The position numbers were made by a program, and so were the translations under genes. DNA of 64,000 nt, taken from a bacterium. Its GTDB lineage: Bacteria; SZUA-79; Acidulodesulfobacterales; Acidulodesulfobacteraceae. Each line of letters starts with the position of its first letter. Position 1 is the stretch's first letter. Below the pieces are notes generated by a model, which searched no databases, was not told where the DNA came from, and worked only from the letters and a program-made list of their open reading frames with translations. Below are positions 57,963 to 64,000 of this stretch, piece after piece. Location of the stretch: NCBI GenBank assembly GCA_021794475.1, contig JAJYQS010000101.1, forward strand, positions 12,408 through 76,407, written 5' to 3'.

Positions 57963-59015
57963 TCAAGCTCTTTGTTCAGTTCTTAAAATAAGCTCATCGG
58001 AAATTTTGCTGAATACCGCTTTAACCTCTGGATTTCTATCTTTAGTCATAAAAGGCTCTCCAGAATCGGATAATTCGCAGATATCTTCAATTATCGGTAT
58101 TTCTCCAAGAAAATTTACACCTAATTTTTCCGCAGCAGTTTTCGCGCCGCCATGTTTAAATATGTCGGAACGTTTTCCACAATGAGGGCAGACAAAATAA
58201 CTCATATTTTCAACTATCCCAAAAACTGGAACATTAACTTTATCAAACATTCCCAATGCTTTTTTTGCGTCAATAAGCGATATATCCTGAGGCGTTGAAA
58301 CAACAATAGCGAAATTTATCGGAACGGTTTGAACAAGCGTCAGCTGAATATCGCCGGTGCCCGGAGGTAAATCGACGACAAGAAAATCTATATCGCCCCA
58401 TTCAACATCTTTTAGGAACTGAGTCGTGACCTGCATTACTATCGGACCTCTCCATATTGCAGGCGTGTCTTCCGGTATCAAAAAACCGAGCGACATTAAT
58501 TTTATGCCATATTTTTCTATAGGAACAATACGTTTATCTTCGGTTAATTCAGGTCTCTGGTTTATTCCCATCATCATAGGAACGCTGGGACCGTACATAT
58601 CTGCATCCATAAGGCCTACTTTTTTGCCCTGCTGAGCTAAACTGATAGCAAGATTTACGCTAAACGTAGACTTCCCTACTCCGCCTTTTCCGCTTGCTAC
58701 GGCAATTATATTTTTAACGCCTTTTATGGGAGACTGCTCATCAAAAGGATTTTTTCCGTGTCCTTCGCCATGGCTGCTTCCGCAGCCACAAGAATCGCCT
58801 TCTTCTTCATCATCGCCGCAGCCACAAGAATCACTTTCATGGCCGTGTCCCTCTTCTCCGCAGCCGCAAGAATCCCCCTCTTCATCGCGGTGGTAGCCAT
58901 GATGTTCCGCTTCATGTCCGCAACCGCACGAGCTGCCGTCATGATTTCCGTCTGTTCCGCATTCACAATCAATATCTTTACCGTCTTTTGTTTTGTTCTT
59001 ATCTAAGTTACCCAT
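57963..59015 (-). CDS. Mrp/NBP35/ApbC-family iron-sulfur cluster carrier ATPase with a Cys/His/acidic-rich N-terminal extension
   Basis: Deviant Walker [12 protein letters not shown] and C-terminal CPHCG motif. The N-terminal ~90 aa contain four SCGCG repeats. Confidence 0.85.
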   Translation of the reverse strand: MGNLDKNKTKDGKDIDCECGTDGNHDGSSCGCGHEAEHHGYHRDEEGDSCGCGEEGHGHESDSCGCGDDEEEGDSCGCGSSHGEGHGKNPFDEQSPIKGVKNIIAVASGKGGVGKSTFSVNLAISLAQQGKKVGLMDADMYGPSVPMMMGINQRPELTEDKRIVPIEKYGIKLMSLGFLIPEDTPAIWRGPIVMQVTTQFLKDVEWGDIDFLVVDLPPGTGDIQLTLVQTVPINFAIVVSTPQDISLIDAKKALGMFDKVNVPVFGIVENMSYFVCPHCGKRSDIFKHGGAKTAAEKLGVNFLGEIPIIEDICELSDSGEPFMTKDRNPEVKAVFSKISDELILRTEQRA

Positions 59016-59122
59016 AATATCTCCTGAAATTTAATTTAATTGTTTTCTATTTATTTACATTACTTACACTACATTATTTATATTATTTATTTAATTTAAT
59101 TTAATTTTCATATTATATTAAT

Positions 59123-59144
59123 CTATAACTATAACTATAACTAT
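59123..59144. repeat. hexamer repeat CTATAA, about 3.7 copies
   Basis: Read directly in the spacer upstream of the mrp-like gene. Confidence 0.8.
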
Positions 59145-59414
59145 CAAACCGAATTAAATGTTTATTAAATATCCATATATATAAATATTATCATAAAGAA
59201 TTAAAATATTCAAGAATATATTAACATACTTTATATTATCATATCTTTATGTTATATATCTTTATATTATATAACTTATATATTATCTTACACGTTTTCT
59301 ATTGCAACTCAATATAATCATACTGGCAGCATACTGACAGTTTAAAAGCGTCATCCGTAAATAAAGAAATTATTTGCGAAATTTTCTTACTCAGTTATTC
59401 AATAATCAATTAAA

Positions 59415-60731
59415 TCAAGCCGATAATTTAAAAGCATCCATAAAAGCGCTGACCGAAAATTCAGCTTTACCTGGACCTGCTTCTCCGTATCCTTCCGGTA
59501 TCGGCAGATTATATTTATAATGAATTTCATGCCACTTCAGAAGCAGTTTAATATAATATTCAAGCGGAGCCGGAACATTGCCGAATTTACCCAATTTGCT
59601 GGTCTTTTCTGGGCACCATGTAGTATATCTCGGAATAATATTATGCGACATAAATATTTCTAATCCTTCCGCAGTTGATTCAACGGCTTCGTCAACAGTT
59701 TTGAAACCGTAAGGTTTTGAAAGTTCAATGCCGGCGACAAAATTGGGAATAACCCTATAATCTCCAAAAACATCTACCGCATCTAAAATTCTGCCAACCC
59801 ATTTATCTCTGCCGATATATTTGCTTTTACCGGGACACAATTTATCAAACAACTCCTTGTTCCAAATTTCAAAATTAGTGTGATAAATGTAAGCTCCGGC
59901 ATTTTTCAATCTTTTTAAATTATCTTTATCGTGAGCCTGAACAACAATTTTACTTATCCATTTTCCTTTAAATTTATCTTCAATTTTCTCAAGAAATCTG
60001 ACATAAAAATCTACCTCGCCATCCCCGTTAAATTTCACTTCGTCTATAATGCTTCCGCCGGTCAGAGTATATGCTTTGGCGTTTGAATCTTTAGAAAGAG
60101 CGATAATATTAAGCGCATCAATTATATCGTCAATTGATTTGACCGCCGAATATTTTTGATTTATTTTTCGCTGATTGACATAATTAGAATTCATATCGCA
60201 AAACATACATTCAAGGTCTTCTCCAAAATACTGGCACATTCTAAAAACGGCAAGATATATTAAGTATCCCCATTCTATTGTCGGCGCCAGATCCCTGACA
60301 GATTTGCCGGATGCGGTAATTTCGGACATATAGGACTTCTCTTCCGAAAATAGGACATCCGCTATGAAATTTTCGTTTAGATAGAGAACAGGTTTAATTT
60401 CACCATTATTTTTATCTTCAACAAGCTTTATTATATATGGGGACGAATTATGAATTCTTACAGAAATTATCGTTCGTTTTAAATCGAAAGGACCTCCTGA
60501 AATTGCAATTTCTTCAGGATATTTTTTATTAAGCACTTCTTTATCATTATCAATATTGAATGAAAAAATAAAATAAGATTTGCCTGAGAAAGCAGTATCA
60601 GGCGTTGCTTCAAAGCGGATACCCTGCCTTAAAATATCTTCTTTTACAATTGCCTCAGGATTTATTTCACTTCCGAAATCCAGAATATACGCCTCTAATA
60701 TTTTAAATTCAGATTTTGATATATTATTCAT
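59415..60731 (-). CDS. hypothetical protein, possibly radical-SAM-like TIM-barrel enzyme with atypical Cys triad (C166-x8-C175-x2-C178)
   Basis: 438 aa. FRMCQYFGEDLECMFCDMN, followed by a GGE-like YTLTGGSIIDE and alternating beta/alpha segments reminiscent of radical SAM cores. ~150-aa N-terminal domain of unknown type. No clear Shine-Dalgarno. Confidence 0.35.
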   Translation of the reverse strand: MNNISKSEFKILEAYILDFGSEINPEAIVKEDILRQGIRFEATPDTAFSGKSYFIFSFNIDNDKEVLNKKYPEEIAISGGPFDLKRTIISVRIHNSSPYIIKLVEDKNNGEIKPVLYLNENFIADVLFSEEKSYMSEITASGKSVRDLAPTIEWGYLIYLAVFRMCQYFGEDLECMFCDMNSNYVNQRKINQKYSAVKSIDDIIDALNIIALSKDSNAKAYTLTGGSIIDEVKFNGDGEVDFYVRFLEKIEDKFKGKWISKIVVQAHDKDNLKRLKNAGAYIYHTNFEIWNKELFDKLCPGKSKYIGRDKWVGRILDAVDVFGDYRVIPNFVAGIELSKPYGFKTVDEAVESTAEGLEIFMSHNIIPRYTTWCPEKTSKLGKFGNVPAPLEYYIKLLLKWHEIHYKYNLPIPEGYGEAGPGKAEFSVSAFMDAFKLSA

Positions 60732-61166
60732 AAATTTTGATATATTGTTAGCAATTTGATATATATATGTATGAGATGCGTTTATATAATTATAAGTATG
60801 CTATAATTATCTATTATATATTTTTTATATTTGTCTTAATAATTTTTATTATTATATTTAACATCATTATATTATATTTTATTATTATATTTTTATTACT
60901 TATTGCTATATTTAAATTATTATCTTTAGCATTATTATATTTACATACGGCACAATTAACATCGACAGCTTATTTATATTGTGTTGATTTGATGATTTAA
61001 TTAATGAGTAATATTGGCAGCGTAAGTTTATTATTTATATAAACAACATATAATATATCTTTACAATATATCTTTTAATATATATTTATATATCTTTTAA
61101 TATATATTTGGGCAGCTCACGCTCCTTCTAATTTATTATTCTAACTTAATTGAGGGTTAATATCAA

Positions 61167-61958
61167 ATGAAAAACATAAATACTTTTAACAGGATGAAAA
61201 CCGACAATGAAAAAATAACCATGATAACGGCTTATGACTTTGTTCAAGCGCAAATTGCAGAAGAAGCAGATATAGACATTATTCTTATCGGAGATTCTCT
61301 GGCCACCACGATTCAAGGTAAAGAAAATACCTTGCCGGTTACGGTTGAAGAAATGATATATCATACGGAACTCGTACGGAGAGGCGCAAAAAATTCGTTT
61401 ATTGTTTCCGATATGCCTTTTATGTCATATCAGATTGACGAAAAAGAAGCGCTTAAAAATGCGGGCAGGTTCGTTAAAGAATCAGGTGCTAACGCCGTAA
61501 AAATTGAAGGAGGCATAAACATAAAACACACTATTGAGAAAATAACAGGCGCAGGTATTCCCGTTGTATCGCATATCGGTCTTATGCCACAGTTTATCAA
61601 TACTATGGGCGGATATAAAGTTCAGGGCAGATTAGAATCTGAAATAGAAAAATTAGTACTTGCGGCATTGGAACTTGAAAAAGCGGGCTCCTTTATGATG
61701 GTGCTGGAGGCAATGCCTGAAAATGCCGCAGACGCCGTTCAAAGTGCGGTTAAAATTCCTACAATAGGAATAGGCGCCGGCAGACACACGGACGGACAGG
61801 TACTGGTGTTCCATGATGCCGTCGGCATGCTGTCTTCTAAGCCTCCAAAATTTGTTAAAAAATATGCCGAAACAAGAAATATAATGCTCAAAGCTTTATC
61901 TGAATTCAAAGACGATGTTAAAAATAATATATTTCCTTCATCCGATAATATTTATTAA
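61167..61958 (+). CDS. panB: 3-methyl-2-oxobutanoate hydroxymethyltransferase
   Basis: 263 aa with MITAYD, LIGDSL, KIEGG, GHIGLMPQ motifs. Confidence 0.95.
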   Translation: MKNINTFNRMKTDNEKITMITAYDFVQAQIAEEADIDIILIGDSLATTIQGKENTLPVTVEEMIYHTELVRRGAKNSFIVSDMPFMSYQIDEKEALKNAGRFVKESGANAVKIEGGINIKHTIEKITGAGIPVVSHIGLMPQFINTMGGYKVQGRLESEIEKLVLAALELEKAGSFMMVLEAMPENAADAVQSAVKIPTIGIGAGRHTDGQVLVFHDAVGMLSSKPPKFVKKYAETRNIMLKALSEFKDDVKNNIFPSSDNIY

Positions 61959-61993
61959 TTAATTATTATTTAATTATACGGGATTGAAACAAA

Positions 61994-62033
61994 ATTTTGA
62001 ATGGTCTCAAACGATCTCATTTTGAATGGTCTC
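61994..62033. repeat. 15-nt direct repeat ATTTTGAATGGTCTC x2 (period 25 nt)
   Basis: Copies at 61994-62008 and 62019-62033, between convergent panB and purU. Confidence 0.85.
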
Positions 62034-62104
62034 TTAATTCAACGTCTTTAATTTTATGCAGCTCTAATTTCCCTTATATTCATTTACATTCATTCCGCAT
62101 TCGT

Positions 62105-63112
62105 TCAGTCGAACACTATAGTTTTATTGCCATATTCTATGATTCTGTCTTCAATAAATAATTTTACGGCTTTTGCCAATACTAATCTTTCTATTATTTT
62201 CCCCTTTCTTTTCAAATCATCAGTATCGTCTTCGTGAGTTATTCTTATAACATCCTGTTCTATTATAGGCCCGTCGTCCAATTTTTCATTGACAAAATGA
62301 GCAGTGGCGCCTATTATTTTAACGCCTTTTTCATATGCCTGTTCGTATGGTTTTGCCCCGGGAAAAGAAGGCAGAAATGAATGATGAATATTTATAATTT
62401 TTTTACCGAATAAATTAATAAATTGCTCTGAAAAAATCCTCATGTACTTTGCGAGTATAACAAAATCTACATCAAAATTATTTATTTTTTCAAGGATTAT
62501 TTCTTCCTGTTTTGTTATCATTGTTTTATTATCCGCTTTACAGATGTGCCCGCTATTATAAGCAGATGGGGCGTTATCCAATGCGCTAAATGTGCTCAAC
62601 GAAGCGCTGCCACAGGGGACATAAATAAAAGGTATTTTATAAAAATCTGCTATACTTGATAAATTTGTATGATTTGAAATTATACAGCTAATATTTAACA
62701 AAATGTCGTCTGCGTTCTTTTGCCATAAAAGTTCATTGAGACAATGGTCTTCTTTTGAAACGAATACCGCCGCATTCTTTTTAACCGAAAAGTCGCTTAT
62801 TTTATAATTTATATGAAACTCGGATGCGATATCATCTAACTTGCTTTTTATAGCGAGCATACTTTTATTTTTATCGGTGTTTACATCTAATTCAAAAACT
62901 ATTCTCATAAAAAAATGTCTGTTCGGAGGTTTTGTGGAATGCTGATTAGATTCAATTATATTAGCTCCGCCGTCAAAAAGCGCCTTGGAAACAGAAGCGA
63001 CAATTCCTTTTTTATCGGGGCATGACAATATTAATACTGCAGTATTGTTATGATTTTTATTATTCATACTATTATTTTTATTATTTACACTACTTTTGTC
63101 ATTTAAATTCAT
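62105..63112 (-). CDS. purU: formyltetrahydrofolate deformylase
   Basis: N-terminal ACT domain (LILSCPDKKGIVASVS) and formyltransferase core (INIHHSFLPSFPGAKPY, GATAHFV). 335 aa with an Asn-rich N-terminus and an internal insertion. Confidence 0.9.
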   Translation of the reverse strand: MNLNDKSSVNNKNNSMNNKNHNNTAVLILSCPDKKGIVASVSKALFDGGANIIESNQHSTKPPNRHFFMRIVFELDVNTDKNKSMLAIKSKLDDIASEFHINYKISDFSVKKNAAVFVSKEDHCLNELLWQKNADDILLNISCIISNHTNLSSIADFYKIPFIYVPCGSASLSTFSALDNAPSAYNSGHICKADNKTMITKQEEIILEKINNFDVDFVILAKYMRIFSEQFINLFGKKIINIHHSFLPSFPGAKPYEQAYEKGVKIIGATAHFVNEKLDDGPIIEQDVIRITHEDDTDDLKRKGKIIERLVLAKAVKLFIEDRIIEYGNKTIVFD

Positions 63113-63439
63113 GAACTTTATTATTCAAATAAAAGCACTCTTATATATTATATGTGAAACATATTTTCTAAATAATATACTAAAATGCTATTATTTTCAA
63201 GGCGGATTGCAGATTGTTTGCAAGTTATTTAGTGCTTCCTTGATAATTTTGCAGCAGAAAGTTAGGCGGTAATACCGCTTAGGAAAACCACATTTTAAAA
63301 TTGGGGGGGTTTATTTTGCAATAATTGGTAATTATATTATGTAATAAACAGACTACCTCTTCCAACCGTCACCATTATCCTGTCCTTTTTCCAAAAGCAA
63401 GTCGGAAAAGGCATCATGCTTAGGGGATATATTAATACC

Positions 63440-63762
63440 TTATCGGTTTATTAAAAGCATTATGTTAGTCGATATTGTTTTGCAGAAGTTTTTTACGTTA
63501 TTCCAATCCTGCCATTTTTTATCAAGATTTTTATATTTAGCTAAATCGGTTTCATTTAAGTCGTAAGGCAATTAACTACGAAATCGGTATCGTTTGAGGT
63601 TCTATGTTCTGCGTATATAGCTGAAGCTGTTCCGCCCACTACTACGGCGTCAGGCAAAATTTCATTAATTCTTGCTATATTAGAAACAACCTCTTCCCAT
63701 GAGCTCCGCTGATTTGAGCTCCACTGAACTTCGTTTGCAATTCCATTTTTATCGTTTGGCAT
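63440..63762 (-). pseudogene. small nucleotidyltransferase-fold gene (AbiEii/MNT-like), apparently frameshifted
   Basis: The 68-aa ORF (63556-63762) carries VVVGGTASAIYAEHRTSNDTDFV (GG...R.S.D.D NTase-like pattern) and stops early. A second frame continues as LPYDLNETDLAKYKNLDKKWQDWNNVKNF... down to the stop at 63442-63440. Confidence 0.35.
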
Positions 63763-64000
63763 TCAAATTTCCTTCTTTTAAAAATAATGCTAAATTATGC
63801 CATAAATGATATTTTTGCTCGGTCGGGTCAGAAATATAGCGTCCGGTTATCTTTAAAACATCGTCTAAAATTTCAGGGTGATTCAGACAATAATCCCTGA
63901 ATTTAAACCATGAATCCATCTCTCCTCTTGATATTATATCGTCAATGGCCTCAAGAGGAAACCCCTTTTGGATATCCACGTTTATATGACGATGGTTCAT
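63749..64000 (-). CDS. hypothetical small protein, candidate antitoxin-like partner of the nucleotidyltransferase (may extend beyond the window)
   Basis: Overlaps the downstream NTase ORF by 14 nt, a typical TA-style coupling. Helical, W/F-rich (EMDSWFKFRDYCLNHPEILDDVLKITGRY). Confidence 0.3.
   Translation of the reverse strand: MNHRHINVDIQKGFPLEAIDDIISRGEMDSWFKFRDYCLNHPEILDDVLKITGRYISDPTEQKYHLWHNLALFLKEGNLNAKR

Noticed and set aside
59319-59340. Direct repeat CATACTGGCAG / CATACTGACAG downstream of the radical-SAM-like ORF
   Set aside because: It is a short imperfect duplication with no associated hairpin or promoter elements, so it is too weak to interpret.
60767-61000. 77-aa plus-strand ORF (MYEMRLYNYKYAIIIYYIFFIFVLIIF...)
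   Set aside because: It lies entirely in an extremely AT-rich spacer. Its Ile/Phe/Tyr/Leu-only composition is what AT-rich non-coding DNA translates to. There is no ribosome-binding site and no recognisable domain.
63113-63360. ZTP (pfl) or THF riboswitch upstream of purU
   Set aside because: Two CCGCCT-containing segments and a small hairpin (63263-63281) looked suggestive. However, the conserved ZTP 5' domain and pseudoknot core, and the THF consensus, are not recognisable on the minus strand.

Overview
Very AT-rich bacterial chromosomal segment. Most genes have Shine-Dalgarno leaders, the intergenic spacers are long and repeat-laden, and most genes lie on the minus strand. I cannot assign a taxon from sequence alone.

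Gene content, left to right:
- dcw cluster murD'-mraY-murF-murE-ftsI-ftsL-rsmH-mraZ, with a readable promoter and a triple MraZ box.
- A DsrE-like ORF and an SDR-family gene.
- glpX, then a complete two-step (Hydrogenobacter-type) reductive-TCA module: ccl, ccsB, ccsA, cfiA, cfiB, an OsmC-like gene, icd.
- Threonine module: apgM-like proposed homoserine kinase, thrC, hom, aminotransferase.
- lipA and tadA.
- Transporter segment: cation/H+ antiporter, a 1.1-kb non-coding gap, an NRAMP-related transporter with non-canonical metal ligands, a small membrane ORF, a beta-barrel OMP.
- H+-PPase hppA, then qmoC-qmoB-qmoA-aprA-aprB-sat, then soluble ppa.
- tRNA-Ser(CGA), a TlpA-like oxidoreductase, galU-hsp20, lon, thiL, two CNNM/CorC paralogues, trxA.
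- An Mrp/ApbC ATPase with a Cys/His-rich N-terminus, a radical-SAM-like ORF with an atypical Cys triad, panB, purU.
- A degraded nucleotidyltransferase TA-like pair at the right edge.

I recognised no rRNA, CRISPR array, transposase, integrase or phage gene, and I did not find a clear-cut new multi-gene system.

The most unusual things I can support from the sequence:
1. A ~390-codon repeat-bearing insertion inside QmoB, with similar low-complexity insertions in several housekeeping enzymes.
2. A GC-rich 13-mer (GGGGACAGACACC) dispersed in intergenic DNA, with inverted copies bracketing the transporter segment.
3. Short tandem-repeat arrays in promoter/leader regions, including 11 heptamers in the sat leader.
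4. The 1.1-kb gap upstream of the NRAMP-like gene, with a near-consensus promoter, mirror small ORFs and repeated GCGCATAT motifs.
5. The Mrp N-terminal SCGCG repeats and the neighbouring radical-SAM-like ORF.

All functional calls rest on motif recognition by eye, not on database searches.
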